64,000 nucleotides of DNA from an uncultured Streptococcus sp. (GTDB lineage: Bacteria; Bacillota; Bacilli; Lactobacillales; Streptococcaceae): contig CAAEFF010000183.1 in the NCBI GenBank assembly GCA_900755085.1, positions 1,755-65,754 on the forward strand, read 5' to 3'. Positions 11,383 to 22,208 of the stretch are shown here, piece after piece. Under the pieces are notes generated by a model. That model saw only the letters and a list, made by a program, of their open reading frames with translations. It did no database searches and was not told where the DNA came from. The position numbers were made by a program, and so were the translations under genes. Every line of letters starts with the position of its first letter. Position 1 is the stretch's first letter.

Positions 11383-11451
11383 TGAAACGTTTCATTTTTT
11401 ATTGATTTTTTAACTCAAACTAAAATAGTTGAGTTTTTTTGAAACGTTTCA
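11383..11451. promoter_or_regulatory. Two LacI-type operators TGAAACGTTTCA
   Basis: Identical perfect 12-bp palindrome at 11383-11394 and 11440-11451, downstream of the promoter; central CG typical of LacI sites. Confidence 0.8.
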
Positions 11452-11463
11452 TTTTATGACTAA

Positions 11464-11492
11464 ATTATAACAGCGCTTTCATAATTTGTCAA
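11464..11492 (-). promoter_or_regulatory. Consensus sigma70 promoter with cre-like site in the spacer
   Basis: Minus strand TTGACA-17 nt-TATAAT; the spacer and first -10 bases read TGAAAGCGCTGTTA (CcpA cre-like). Confidence 0.85.
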
Positions 11493-11499
11493 GCACTTT

Positions 11500-12495
11500 T
11501 TATAATTTTTTTGTTGTGTTTCCTTCAAAAAAATGTACCGGTAAACTAATGACATTCTGGTCTATTTTTTCTTCACGAATCAATTTAAGCAATAGTTCAA
11601 CTGCTGCTTGAGCCATCTGAGCTATTTGTTGAACAATTGTAGAAAGTAAGTAAGGTTGATCAAAAGCTGGTCTTAATCCATCAAAACCAATAATCTGATA
11701 ATCTTCTATAGGAATTTTTCCGATCTCCCCTAAAACTTTTATCACACGAAGGGCCATAAAATCATTTACTGTGAAAATCCCATCAATCTGAGGATGCTTT
11801 TCAAAAAAGGTTCTTATTTGCTCTTCTACTTGATTCAGTGGTTCCGGCATTTCAAGACAATAAAGGTTCGTATTTTTCTGTTTAGCCTCCGCTTTGAAAC
11901 CTCTCCCCCGTTCCGTCGTTTCATTCAAATGTTTGTTCACACCACTAATGTAAGCTAGATTTTGACAATCGCGTTTGACTAATTCGCGACAAGCTAGTTG
12001 ACCACCATGAAAATTTTCAGAAGTTACGTAATAGACATTTTCAGAAAAATGACGGTCAATACTGACAAAAGGTAAATTTGATGAGACATACTTATCAATA
12101 TCTGAATAGGTGATCCCTATAATCCCATCTACTTTATTTTTCTCAAGTAATTTTATGTATTCTATCTCATTATTAGAATCTTTATCCGCATTACAAATTA
12201 ATAATTTATATTGATTTTTTAATAGTTCTTTTTCAACATGATAAGCAAATTCAGAAAAGAAAGGATGCCATATAGTTGGAATGAGTAAAGCAATAATATT
12301 ACTACGATTCGTTTTTAATCCTCTCGCATATTCATCTGGGACATAAGAAAGTTTTTCAATTGCTTGTTGAACTTTTTTTAAGGTCACCTCTTTAATGCCT
12401 TTTTCATTATTGATGACACGAGAGACTGTCCCAACACTAACTCCAGCTTCTGCTGCAACATCTTTCATGGTAATCGATTTTTTTTGCTCATTCAT
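11500..12495 (-). CDS. LacI family transcriptional regulator
   Basis: TMKDVAAEAGVSVGTVSRVIN HTH; AAAGGAGG RBS precedes MNEQKK at 12495. Confidence 0.95.
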   Translation of the reverse strand: MNEQKKSITMKDVAAEAGVSVGTVSRVINNEKGIKEVTLKKVQQAIEKLSYVPDEYARGLKTNRSNIIALLIPTIWHPFFSEFAYHVEKELLKNQYKLLICNADKDSNNEIEYIKLLEKNKVDGIIGITYSDIDKYVSSNLPFVSIDRHFSENVYYVTSENFHGGQLACRELVKRDCQNLAYISGVNKHLNETTERGRGFKAEAKQKNTNLYCLEMPEPLNQVEEQIRTFFEKHPQIDGIFTVNDFMALRVIKVLGEIGKIPIEDYQIIGFDGLRPAFDQPYLLSTIVQQIAQMAQAAVELLLKLIREEKIDQNVISLPVHFFEGNTTKKL

Positions 12496-12540
12496 TTTTT
12501 CACCTCCTTTCATCTATACTATCATGAAAACGTTTCATTT

Positions 12541-13401
12541 TCAAACATTTTCGTTTAAATTGTCACTCCACTTCTTCATCCATTTGGGAATTTCTTTGCT
12601 AATGCTTGTAGGTAAAACTACATAAGCCTCCTTGCTCAAGTCTTCAGCAATGGCTGAATGAAGGTAGGTCGCGACCACCACGCGCTCATAGAGACTGACC
12701 TGTGGAAATTGACCTGCAAAGCCCGCAATCATGCCTGCCAAGGTATCGCCCATGCCACCTGTTGCTTGATAGGGACCACCAACATCCAGCTGATATCCTT
12801 CTTCTGTCCCACTTATCCAAATGCGTGTGTGGGGCCCTTTTTCTACAACGACTGTTCCTTTAGGAAAGTGCTGTACTGCTCTTTGGCTTCTCTCTTCCGT
12901 CTGACTTGTGAGATCAAGCCCTGACAGTTTTTCCCATTCTTTTTGATGAGGGGTAAAGACCAACTGAGCTTCTGGCAAGTCAAATTGAGAGGTTGCAAAA
13001 AGACTAATAGCACCTCCATCTAAAATCAGAACCTGATGCCTAGTGGCCTGCTCAAAAATCATTTGTAAGACTGCTAGGTTTTCATTCGATTCCTTTAAGC
13101 CCGGACCGACAAGAATGACACTGGCTTTTTGAATCTGCTCTCGAAGAAGATCCCGATCTGTCAAATCAAAGCCCATAGCTTCAGGAAGATGGCTATGAAG
13201 GGCCGTCAGATTGTCAGGATCTGTTGCAACAGTAACCAGCCCCGCCCCACTATGAACCGCAGCGAGTGCCGCCATAATGATGGCTCCCCCATAGGGATAG
13301 GTTCCTCCGATCAGGAGCAGGCGACCAAAATCTCCCTTATAAGAATTCGCCTCTCGCTTGACAATAACCCGCTGGATCTCGTCTTTCTGAACTGTTCTCA
13401 T
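12541..13401 (-). CDS. nnrD: ADP-dependent NAD(P)H-hydrate dehydratase (YjeF C-domain)
   Basis: SYKGDFGRLLLIGG, GAGLV, TPHQKEW, GGMGDTLAG. Confidence 0.92.
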   Translation of the reverse strand: MRTVQKDEIQRVIVKREANSYKGDFGRLLLIGGTYPYGGAIIMAALAAVHSGAGLVTVATDPDNLTALHSHLPEAMGFDLTDRDLLREQIQKASVILVGPGLKESNENLAVLQMIFEQATRHQVLILDGGAISLFATSQFDLPEAQLVFTPHQKEWEKLSGLDLTSQTEERSQRAVQHFPKGTVVVEKGPHTRIWISGTEEGYQLDVGGPYQATGGMGDTLAGMIAGFAGQFPQVSLYERVVVATYLHSAIAEDLSKEAYVVLPTSISKEIPKWMKKWSDNLNENV

Positions 13402-13453
13402 ACCTTCCTCATTTCTAGCAAAAAAGGAGAAGCCACGACTCTCCCTCCTTCTT

Positions 13454-14236
13454 TTATTTTCCTCTGAATTCTGCGAAGACTTGCAAGATCTTAGCAGCCA
13501 CAGCTTGTGGTTGATTTTGTTTGGCTATTAATTGATCATCTGCATAGGGAGAAAGAGCCGGAAAATCACCAATTTGAACCGCATAAAGAGCTTTTTCAAA
13601 GAATTCAATATCGTTTTGATCATTGCCAAAAGCTACAAAGTTCTCACCGCATAACTCTTCTACCGTTGAAGCTTTATGGGTATCTGCCGGATTGAGGTAG
13701 ATGCATTTTTCATGCGCGTGATAGCGAATGTAGGCCTTATCTGTCTTTTCAATTCGTTCAATGATCTCATCCACGATTTCTTCATGACCACCCATATAGA
13801 TCACAACCTTAATCGGATCACTCAACTCCTCTAAAGACCGATACTGGGCTTTCTTGAGGGGATCCACATTCGCAATAAAAGGAATCTTTTCTAAAATCTG
13901 CCCACTATAATCAAAGGTATCATCCACAAAAAAAGGCAAATTGTAATGGCGACAAAAACCAAGGACTTGCCGGTACACATCCGGGTCCAAGTAGTCCGCA
14001 TGAACCAATTGACCTTGATGATAGGCCACACCGCCATTTAAGCCAATCACGAGCTTTTGGCGCAACTCATCACCTAAAAGCCCCAAACAATCCCGATAGG
14101 AACGGGCAGAAGCAAAGGCAACTTCATGGCCAAATTCTTCTGCTCTTACTAAGACCTGTTTGATTTCATCATCGATTGTGACACCATCGAATGACAGGGT
14201 TCCATCTAAATCAAAAACAAACTTCATCTTGCTCAC
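13454..14236 (-). CDS. Cof-type HAD-IIB hydrolase
   Basis: FDLDGTL motif I, AFGNDQND motif IV. Confidence 0.88.
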   Translation of the reverse strand: MSKMKFVFDLDGTLSFDGVTIDDEIKQVLVRAEEFGHEVAFASARSYRDCLGLLGDELRQKLVIGLNGGVAYHQGQLVHADYLDPDVYRQVLGFCRHYNLPFFVDDTFDYSGQILEKIPFIANVDPLKKAQYRSLEELSDPIKVVIYMGGHEEIVDEIIERIEKTDKAYIRYHAHEKCIYLNPADTHKASTVEELCGENFVAFGNDQNDIEFFEKALYAVQIGDFPALSPYADDQLIAKQNQPQAVAAKILQVFAEFRGK

Positions 14237-14243
14237 ACTTTCA

Positions 14244-15101
14244 TTATTTTACGCTACGAACAGCTGCTTCGTAGGTCTGCTCCATCAGCATGGTAACGGT
14301 CATAGGACCAACCCCTCCTGGTACCGGAGTAATATGACTGGCCAAAGGGGCAACGGAGTCAAAATCGACATCCCCACACAATTTGCCATTCTCATCGCGA
14401 TTCATCCCGACGTCAATGACGACGGCGCCTTCTTTCACGAAGTCTGCTGTTACAAATTTTGCACGACCGATCGCCACAACCAGGATATCCGCTCTTTTAG
14501 CGATTTTAGGCAGATGATGGGTCCGGGAATGGGTCAAGGTTACCGTGGCATTTTTGGCGAGGAGCAACTGCGCCATAGGTTTTCCTACGATATTGGAACG
14601 ACCAATCACGACTGCACGCTTCCCTTCTATATCAATCCTATACTCTTTGAACATCTCCATGATCCCAGCCGGAGTCGAAGGGACCATGATGGGATTTCCA
14701 GCCCATAAACGTCCCATATTTAAGGGATGAAAGCCATCCACGTCTTTAGCAGGATCAATCGCTAATAGGACTGCCTCATCATCTATATGCTTAGGCAGTG
14801 GCAACTGCACTAAGATTCCATGCCAAAGAGGATCTTGATTGTAGTGTTCGATCACTTCTAATAATTCATCTTGGCTGATACATTCAGGAAGTCGTCTCAC
14901 TTCACTGCGAAATCCTGCTGCAATAGCAGAACGCTCTTTATTTCTCACATAGATCTTACTAGCTGGATTGTCTCCCACCACGATCACAACGAGTCCCGGA
15001 ACAACTCCGGTCTCTTCTTTTAGTCGTGCTGTTTTTTCAGCCAATTCTCCCTGTAATTTTGCAGCCAATGCCTTTCCATCAATCAGTATCGCCATATCCA
15101 T
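14244..15101 (-). CDS. folD: Bifunctional methylenetetrahydrofolate dehydrogenase/cyclohydrolase
   Basis: [28 protein letters not shown]. Confidence 0.97.
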   Translation of the reverse strand: MDMAILIDGKALAAKLQGELAEKTARLKEETGVVPGLVVIVVGDNPASKIYVRNKERSAIAAGFRSEVRRLPECISQDELLEVIEHYNQDPLWHGILVQLPLPKHIDDEAVLLAIDPAKDVDGFHPLNMGRLWAGNPIMVPSTPAGIMEMFKEYRIDIEGKRAVVIGRSNIVGKPMAQLLLAKNATVTLTHSRTHHLPKIAKRADILVVAIGRAKFVTADFVKEGAVVIDVGMNRDENGKLCGDVDFDSVAPLASHITPVPGGVGPMTVTMLMEQTYEAAVRSVK

Positions 15102-15262
15102 TCTCTTCCTAGTTATTTAATGAAAATAATTCTTTCCCATTATAGCAGATTTCTGCTCTCAAACCTAACTGTTCCTTCTTAGAATTTCCTATAGACGAAA
15201 ACTATAGCTAGATGGACAAAAAACGAGCTTGAGACCACCCCAAACTCATCCACTGTGCTGTA

Positions 15263-15493
15263 TTAATAAAGCAATTCGTAAATTTCGATTGCAATCAAAT
15301 CAATGCTATCAAATGTATAGGTTTCACGTGCTTCTACATCGCGAAGAGTAAAGGTTGAACCTTCTTCCTCGTTGTGGTTGTAGGCTACTTCAGCAACAAC
15401 AACACCATCACGTTCAAAATTACGTTTTAAGTTTCCACCATCTTTGGTCATTGTTTCCAAACGGTTGATAATCCGTACTAAATGTGATTCCAT
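15263..15493 (-). CDS. DUF1797-type small conserved protein
   Basis: 76 aa with GAGGAG RBS; usual divergent neighbour of clpE in streptococci. Confidence 0.75.
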   Translation of the reverse strand: MESHLVRIINRLETMTKDGGNLKRNFERDGVVVAEVAYNHNEEEGSTFTLRDVEARETYTFDSIDLIAIEIYELLY

Positions 15494-15622
15494 TTTATTT
15501 CTCCTCTTTACTTTCTACTCTCCTATTTTATCATAAAAGAGAAAGCTCTTCCAATAAAAATTCACATTTTTCCCTTGATTTACGGTCTCCACTCCTAATC
15601 CTTGACATTCCGTAGCAAATTC

Positions 15623-15681
15623 TTGCAAACTTTTAGAATACTGATATAATAAAACTAGAAAAACTTTGACTATTTTTGACC
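15623..15681 (+). promoter_or_regulatory. clpE promoter and CtsR box
   Basis: TTGCAA...TGATATAAT (extended -10 at 15642-15650); TTTGACTATTTTTGACC at 15665-15681 is the reverse complement of the CtsR heptad repeat GGTCAAAnAnAGTCAAA. Confidence 0.85.
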
Positions 15682-15744
15682 ATTATCAAAATAGTGCGAT
15701 TATCTTGGCTCAAAGCCATCGAAAACCTATTGTGAGGTATGTTT

Positions 15745-18003
15745 ATGCTTTGTCAAAATTGTAAAATAAATGAATCCACTATCCATTTATACACCAATGT
15801 AAATGGTCGCCAGCAGCAAGTGGACCTCTGTCAAAATTGCTATAAAATTATGAAAACAGACCCAAATAACAGCTTCTTGAAAGGAATGACCCAACGGAGC
15901 CAACTCACTGGAGATCCCTTCGAAGATTTTTTCAATAACCTTGGAAACTTTCAGGGCCCTCAAGAACCACCTACACCTCCAACCCAATCTGGAGGAGGCT
16001 ATGGAAATGGTGGCTACGGTCAAAACAACCATCGGGAAAGTGCTCCAGATCCACGACAAGTACGCCCTCAAAAACCAAAAGGTCTTTTAGAGGAATTCGG
16101 CATCAATGTCACAGAGATTGCACGTAACGGCAATGTTGACCCAGTCATTGGGCGCGACGAAGAAATCATTCGTGTCATCGAAATTCTTAACCGTAGAACC
16201 AAGAACAACCCAGTCCTCATTGGAGAACCGGGTGTTGGTAAAACGGCAGTTGTTGAAGGATTGGCTCAAAAAATTGTGGATGGAGACGTCCCTGATAAAC
16301 TGCAAGGAAAAGAAGTCATTCGATTAGATGTTGTCAGCCTTGTCCAAGGTACAGGTATCCGAGGCCAGTTTGAAGAACGCATGCAAAAATTGATGGAAGA
16401 AATTCGTCAACGTCAAGATGTCATTCTCTTCATTGATGAAATCCATGAAATTGTCGGAGCTGGTTCTGCCGGTGATGGCAATATGGATGCTGGAAATATC
16501 CTCAAACCTGCTCTCGCTCGTGGTGAATTGCAACTGGTTGGGGCTACTACTCTTAATGAGTACCGGATCATTGAAAAGGATGCCGCCCTGGAACGTCGGA
16601 TGCAGCCTGTTAAGGTCGATGAGCCAACGGTAGAGGAAACCATTACCATTCTTAAAGGGATCCAAAAAAGATACGAAGATTATCACCACGTTCACTATAC
16701 TGACGGAGCCATCGAAGCTGCGGCTACTCTTTCCAACCGTTATATTCAAGACCGCTTCCTACCAGACAAGGCTATTGATTTGCTAGACGAAGCTGGATCT
16801 AAGATGAACTTAACCTTGACCTTTGTAGATCCTAAGGTCATTGATCAACGCTTGATTGAGGCTGAAAATCTCAAGGCGCAAGCAACCCGCGACGAAGACT
16901 TTGAAAAAGCAGCCTACTTCCGTGACCAGATTGCTAAGTATAAAGAAATGCAAAAGACTAAGGTAACGGATCAAGACACTCCTATTATCAGCGAAAAAAC
17001 GATTGAGCATATCATTGAACAAAAGACCAATATACCCGTTGGTGATTTGAAAGAAAAGGAACAATCCCAACTCATCCACCTAGCAGAAGATCTTAAGTCC
17101 CATGTCATTGGTCAAGATGATGCAGTGGATAAGATTGCCAAGGCGATTCGTCGGAACCGTGTCGGTCTAGGGTCTCCTAACCGTCCAATTGGTAGCTTCC
17201 TCTTTGTCGGTCCTACTGGTGTCGGGAAGACCGAACTTTCGAAGCAACTAGCTATCGAACTCTTTGGTTCTGCGGACAGCATGATTCGCTTTGATATGAG
17301 CGAATACATGGAAAAACACAGCGTTGCCAAACTCGTCGGTGCCCCTCCTGGTTACGTCGGCTATGATGAAGCTGGACAATTGACTGAGAAAGTGCGGCGA
17401 AACCCCTACTCGCTCGTTTTACTAGACGAAATCGAAAAAGCCCATCCAGATGTCATGCATATGTTCCTCCAAGTTCTGGATGACGGTCGTTTGACAGATG
17501 GCCAAGGGCGCACCGTCAGCTTTAAAGATACCATTATCATTATGACTTCCAATGCTGGTACAGGAAAGGCAGAGGCAAATGTCGGCTTTGGAGCTGCACG
17601 CGAAGGGCGCACCAACTCTGTGCTTGGAGAACTCGGTAACTTCTTTAGCCCTGAATTTATGAACCGTTTTGACGGTATCATTGAATTCCAAGCTCTATCT
17701 AAAGAAAATCTTCTTCAAATTGTTACCCTTATGCTAGACGAAGTCAATCATCGTCTCGCGCAAAACGAGATTCATCTGGATGTGACAGATAAGGTCAAGG
17801 AAAAACTGGTTGACCTTGGTTACGATCCAAAAATGGGTGCACGCCCACTCCGTCGTACCATTCAAGACTATATCGAAGATGCAATTACCGATTACTACCT
17901 TGAAAATCCAAGTGAAAAAGATCTGAAGGCTGTCATGACCAGCAATGGACATATCAGTATCAAAGCAATTCATAAGACGACCGAAAAAACATCAGAATCC
18001 TAA
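15745..18003 (+). CDS. clpE: ATP-dependent Clp protease ATP-binding subunit ClpE
   Basis: N-terminal CQNC...CQNC zinc finger; two AAA+ modules ([16 protein letters not shown]); CtsR box upstream. Confidence 0.96.
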   Translation: MLCQNCKINESTIHLYTNVNGRQQQVDLCQNCYKIMKTDPNNSFLKGMTQRSQLTGDPFEDFFNNLGNFQGPQEPPTPPTQSGGGYGNGGYGQNNHRESAPDPRQVRPQKPKGLLEEFGINVTEIARNGNVDPVIGRDEEIIRVIEILNRRTKNNPVLIGEPGVGKTAVVEGLAQKIVDGDVPDKLQGKEVIRLDVVSLVQGTGIRGQFEERMQKLMEEIRQRQDVILFIDEIHEIVGAGSAGDGNMDAGNILKPALARGELQLVGATTLNEYRIIEKDAALERRMQPVKVDEPTVEETITILKGIQKRYEDYHHVHYTDGAIEAAATLSNRYIQDRFLPDKAIDLLDEAGSKMNLTLTFVDPKVIDQRLIEAENLKAQATRDEDFEKAAYFRDQIAKYKEMQKTKVTDQDTPIISEKTIEHIIEQKTNIPVGDLKEKEQSQLIHLAEDLKSHVIGQDDAVDKIAKAIRRNRVGLGSPNRPIGSFLFVGPTGVGKTELSKQLAIELFGSADSMIRFDMSEYMEKHSVAKLVGAPPGYVGYDEAGQLTEKVRRNPYSLVLLDEIEKAHPDVMHMFLQVLDDGRLTDGQGRTVSFKDTIIIMTSNAGTGKAEANVGFGAAREGRTNSVLGELGNFFSPEFMNRFDGIIEFQALSKENLLQIVTLMLDEVNHRLAQNEIHLDVTDKVKEKLVDLGYDPKMGARPLRRTIQDYIEDAITDYYLENPSEKDLKAVMTSNGHISIKAIHKTTEKTSES

Positions 18004-18009
18004 TCAGGA

Positions 18010-18194
18010 AAAAGAGGCTGGGACAAAAGTCCTAGCCTCTTAATTGTTTTTGGATTGTCGATCAAGATGCAGTGGTTGAGTGAGCTCTACTAGGCTGATT
18101 TCATCAGCTTTTACAGCCCTAGTCAACTGTGCGGAGGTGGGACGACGAAATCGAATTCTAACGAATGACCGATTTCTGTCCCACTCTCTTTTTT
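18010..18194. repeat. Structured interspersed repeat, family A, copy 1
   Basis: About 185 bp; about 10 mismatches versus 34996-35179 by manual alignment; several hairpins, first GAGGCTGGGAC-aaaa-GTCCTAGCCTC. Confidence 0.9.
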
Positions 18195-18258
18195 CCTTCC
18201 TCCAGATTTTTGCTTAAAAATATGTTATAATGATGAAAAATGAAGAAAAGAGAAAACC

Positions 18259-18708
18259 ATGACCATACCAAGTTTTGGTGAAAAAAAAGAAGATGTAACC
18301 TACGTCAATCGTTACGGCGTCTACGCTGTTATCCCCAATAAGGACAAGGATCAGATCATCCTCGTTCAAGCCCCAAATGGGGCTTGGTTCTTACCAGGTG
18401 GAGAGATTGAAGCTGGCGAAAACCACCTAGAGGCTCTGAAGCGAGAACTGATTGAAGAACTAGGTTTTACTGCTGTTTTAGGGGAGTATTATGGCCAAGC
18501 GGACGAGTATTTCTATTCAAGTCACCGAGATACCTACTACTACAATCCAGCCTATATTTATGAGGTGGTAGATTATACAGAAGCTCAAAAACCTCTGGAA
18601 GATTTTAACAATCTCTCTTGGTTTCCAATTGATGAAGCAATGGAAAAACTCAAACGTGGTAGTCATAAATGGGGCATCAAGCAATGGAAAATTTCCCACA
18701 AAAACTAA
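18259..18708 (+). CDS. NUDIX hydrolase
   Basis: Nudix box GGEIEAGENHLEALKRELIEELG. Confidence 0.92.
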   Translation: MTIPSFGEKKEDVTYVNRYGVYAVIPNKDKDQIILVQAPNGAWFLPGGEIEAGENHLEALKRELIEELGFTAVLGEYYGQADEYFYSSHRDTYYYNPAYIYEVVDYTEAQKPLEDFNNLSWFPIDEAMEKLKRGSHKWGIKQWKISHKN

Positions 18709-18778
18709 GAAACTTCTTCTTTCGTAAACCATAAAAAAGTGCTATAATAAATGAAGATAGAGGTTAGGAGGAACTCAT

Positions 18779-19081
18779 ATGAAGCTCATTAATACCACAA
18801 ATAGTCATGCTACATTGGTGAAAAGTCAACTTGCCAGCACGGATGCCTTGCTTGTTGAGGTTTATTCCGCAGGCAATACCGATGTTGTGTTTACTCAGGC
18901 CCCAACCCATTATGAATTGTTGATCAGCAACAAACACCGTGCTATCCGTGAAACAGAAGTTGAAAAAATTCGTGAGTTCTTTTTAAAACGCAAAATTGAT
19001 CTCAAAGTCATTGATCAATCCGCTATCAAGACCCTCTACACCGATAAACTCATTGAAATTTCATTCCCTATTGTTAAGTAA
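18779..19081 (+). CDS. DUF1827-type conserved streptococcal protein
   Basis: 100 aa with AGGAGG RBS and own TATAAT; usual position between NUDIX gene and ileS. Confidence 0.75.
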   Translation: MKLINTTNSHATLVKSQLASTDALLVEVYSAGNTDVVFTQAPTHYELLISNKHRAIRETEVEKIREFFLKRKIDLKVIDQSAIKTLYTDKLIEISFPIVK

Positions 19082-19120
19082 GGTGAAGCAACCTTACTTT
19101 TTTTGTTTACAATGTAACAT

Positions 19121-19158
19121 AAAAAATCTACCTTCCATACTGAAAGGTAGATTTTTTT
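19121..19158. terminator. Bidirectional terminator between DUF1827 gene and ileS
   Basis: AAAAAATCTACCTT...AAGGTAGATTTTTT. Confidence 0.85.
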
Positions 19159-19162
19159 ACAA

Positions 19163-21955
19163 TTATTTTGCTTCAAATCCTTCTGAAACAGCTTGGCCAA
19201 AGTTTTCTTCGACGATGCTTGCACAGTGGTCGCAGATCGTTGCGTGATAATGACGTTCAGCCGTTGTTGGATCAATGCGACGGCAACGGTCACACACTTC
19301 TCCTGCTGCTCGTTCGACTGTGAAGGCAACATCTTCAAAGGTCACTGCACCTTCTGGAGCTGGTCCTTCTGCGATGGTCAACTCAGAAACAATCAAGAGT
19401 TGAGCCACATTGCTATCAACAGCACCAAGTAGAGTTTTCACAACTTCATTTGGGTAAACTGTCAAGTGAGCTTCTAGTGATTTACCGATCACTTTTTCAT
19501 TACGTGCTTCTTCCAAGGCTTTTTGAGCTTGACCACGGAAGGTCATGAAGGCTGACCAAGTATCTAAGATTTCTTCTTGATTCGCAAACGTTTCTGCTTC
19601 TGGTAATTCTGATAATTGCACATAGTCTTCTGCTTCAAACTCAAGGTAGGACCAGATTTCTTCAGCGGTATGCGGTAGAATTGGCGTCAAGAGTTTAGTG
19701 ATTTTCACAAGGATGTCATAGAAGACTGTTTGCATTTGACGGCGTTCTAGAGACTTCGCACTCTCGATATAGACCACATCTTTGGCAAAATCAAGGTAGA
19801 AGGCTGACAAGTCCACATTGATAAAGTTCACAAGGGCCTTGTAGATGGTCAAGAACTCAAAGTTTTCATAAGCATCACGGATCGTCTTGACAAGTTGATT
19901 GAAGCGAATCGTCATGTATTTATCTACTGAACGAAGCTCATCATAAGCAACTGTATCTTCAGCTGGATTAAAGTCAGAAGTATTGGCAATCAAGAAACGA
20001 AGGGTATTCCGAATCTTCCGGTACGTTTCAGACACTTGGCTCAAGATATCCATGGAAATACGAACATCGTTTGTCGAATCAACACTAGTAACCCAAAGGC
20101 GCAAGATTTCCGCACCAAATTGCTTTTCAACATCACTTGGAGCAATGGTATTTCCAAGAGATTTCGACATCTTTTCACCTTTTCCATCCAAGGCAAAACC
20201 TTGAGACAAGATTTGCTTGTATGGAGCTACGCCATGGTTGGCTACAGAAGTGATCAAAGATGAGTTGAACCAACCACGGTATTGGTCTGAACCTTCAAGA
20301 TAGAGATCCGCTGGATAAGTCAATTCAGGGCGATTCACGATGACACCATTCCATGATGAACCTGAGTCAAACCAGACGTCCATAATGTCTGTTTCTTTCG
20401 TAAATTCTCCATTTGGTGAACCTGGATGAGTGAAGCCTTCTGGCAAGAGGTCTTTGGCATCCCGTTCCCACCAGATAACCGATCCATGTTCTTCAAAGAG
20501 TTGAGCCACATGTTCGATGGTTTCAGCTGTCATGATCGGTGTCCCGTCTTCAGCATAGAAGATTGGGAGTGGAACACCCCAAGCACGTTGACGAGAGATC
20601 ACCCAGTCACCACGGTCACGAATCATGTTGTAAAGACGGACTTTCCCCCATTCTGAGTGGAATTTTACTTTTTCAATTTCATCCAGGATTTCTTGACGGA
20701 ATTTTGATACAGAAGCAAACCATTGTGGCACGGCACGCCAGATGATTGGTTTTTTCGTCCGCCAGTCAAATGGGTAGGAGTGAGAGATTTCTTCTTTAGC
20801 AAGAAGGAGGTCTCCAAGTTTTTCAATAACTGTTGGAACAACTTTGTCATAGAACTGACCAGCAAATTCAGGGCCAGCATTGTCCATCATAATCCCACGC
20901 TCATTGACCGTTACAGCGACTTCAAGACCATTTGCAACACCGACGTTATAGTCATCCTCACCAAAACCAGGCGCTGTATGGACGATACCAGTACCTGAAT
21001 CAAGTGTGACGTGGTCTCCAAGAATCACCAATTCGTCAACTGCTGCATCCCATGGGTGTTCGGTTACGATATGGTTTAATTCTTTCCCTTGGTAGGTTGC
21101 AAGAACTTCTGGATCTTCCCAACCAAATTTTTCAGACAAGCTTGGCAATAACTCAGAAGCCACTACGTATTTACGATCAGAACCAGCAGGTTTCACGACC
21201 ACATAGTCAAAATCAGCGCCTACTGTTAAACCACGAGAAGCTGTGATGGTAAATGGAGTAGTTGTCCAGACAACGATGTAAGTATCTGTATCTAGAACAC
21301 CTTTCCCGTCCTTGACTTTATTCCCATAGTAAAGAGAAGTGGAAACCAAATCGTGGTATTCAATTTCCGCTTCAGCAAGAGCGGACTCAGAAGACCAGGA
21401 CCAATATACAGGTTTCGCACCACGATAGATATAGCCTTTGTTGGCCATTTGTCCAAAGACACGAATTTGGGCTGCTTCATAATCAGGTGTTAAGGTGACA
21501 TATGGATGGTCCCAATCCCCTGAAACACCCAAGCGTTTAAAGTCTTCCCTTTGTTTATCGACTTGAGAAAGAGCGTACTCCCGACACATTTTAAGGTATT
21601 CAGAGCGTTCAATTTCTTTGCGTTTAACCCCTTGTTTGGCCAAGACCTGTTCGATTGGCAATCCATGGGTATCCCAACCTGGAATATAAGGGGCATAAAA
21701 ACCTGACATAGACTTAGAACGAACAATGATATCTTTCGAAATCTTGTTCATAGCATGTCCTACGTGGATATTTCCGTTGGCGTATGGAGGACCATCATGA
21801 AGTGTAAAATGCGGTTTCCCTTCATTCAATTCTTGACGGCGTTGATACAATTTTGCATCTTCCCATTCTTTTTGCCAAACCGGTTCTTTGGTTGGAAGTC
21901 CAGCCCGCATTGGAAAGGCTGTTTTCCCAAGATTCAATGTTTCCTTAAGTTTCAT
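19163..21955 (-). CDS. ileS: Isoleucine--tRNA ligase
   Basis: [11 protein letters not shown] (HIGH), KMSKS, C-terminal CDRC...CDHC zinc motif. Confidence 0.98.
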   Translation of the reverse strand: MKLKETLNLGKTAFPMRAGLPTKEPVWQKEWEDAKLYQRRQELNEGKPHFTLHDGPPYANGNIHVGHAMNKISKDIIVRSKSMSGFYAPYIPGWDTHGLPIEQVLAKQGVKRKEIERSEYLKMCREYALSQVDKQREDFKRLGVSGDWDHPYVTLTPDYEAAQIRVFGQMANKGYIYRGAKPVYWSWSSESALAEAEIEYHDLVSTSLYYGNKVKDGKGVLDTDTYIVVWTTTPFTITASRGLTVGADFDYVVVKPAGSDRKYVVASELLPSLSEKFGWEDPEVLATYQGKELNHIVTEHPWDAAVDELVILGDHVTLDSGTGIVHTAPGFGEDDYNVGVANGLEVAVTVNERGIMMDNAGPEFAGQFYDKVVPTVIEKLGDLLLAKEEISHSYPFDWRTKKPIIWRAVPQWFASVSKFRQEILDEIEKVKFHSEWGKVRLYNMIRDRGDWVISRQRAWGVPLPIFYAEDGTPIMTAETIEHVAQLFEEHGSVIWWERDAKDLLPEGFTHPGSPNGEFTKETDIMDVWFDSGSSWNGVIVNRPELTYPADLYLEGSDQYRGWFNSSLITSVANHGVAPYKQILSQGFALDGKGEKMSKSLGNTIAPSDVEKQFGAEILRLWVTSVDSTNDVRISMDILSQVSETYRKIRNTLRFLIANTSDFNPAEDTVAYDELRSVDKYMTIRFNQLVKTIRDAYENFEFLTIYKALVNFINVDLSAFYLDFAKDVVYIESAKSLERRQMQTVFYDILVKITKLLTPILPHTAEEIWSYLEFEAEDYVQLSELPEAETFANQEEILDTWSAFMTFRGQAQKALEEARNEKVIGKSLEAHLTVYPNEVVKTLLGAVDSNVAQLLIVSELTIAEGPAPEGAVTFEDVAFTVERAAGEVCDRCRRIDPTTAERHYHATICDHCASIVEENFGQAVSEGFEAK

Positions 21956-21984
21956 TGTGTCTCCTTATTGATTTAAAAAGCTAT

Positions 21985-22205
21985 AAAAAAACACGAGCAT
22001 CCTAAAAAGGACGATTGCTCGTGGTACCACCTTTGTTCGAGAAGTCGAAAACGACTTTCTCCTCTCATCCCGTAACGAGGGAAACGTCCATTCTTACTTC
22101 AGAGTTCAGAACGAATACTGTAAAAGGATCATCCATTAAGAGGGAGTGCAGATCTTCCACCATCATCTGCTCGCTAGACCTATCATTAATGGACCTGTTT
22201 TTACA
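21985..22205 (-). ncRNA. T-box riboswitch (Ile) leader of ileS
   Basis: Minus strand AAGGTGGTACCACG T-box at about 22020-22033, terminator with U tract, likely AUC specifier at 22127-22129. Confidence 0.9.
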
Positions 22206-22208
22206 AAA

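Noticed and set aside
11369..11395. Longer ORF-track starts for SBP (11395), lacI (12513), ccdA (46184), hdiR (49497), rsuA-like (34182)
   Set aside because: Downstream ATGs have clear Shine-Dalgarno sequences, and several of the extensions overlap operators or promoters.
18085..18115. CTGATGA/GAAA-like sequence on the minus strand of repeat A, resembling a hammerhead core
   Set aside because: These bases form a simple GCTGAT/ATCAGC hairpin, the three-stem hammerhead arrangement is absent, and the motif is lost in the third copy.
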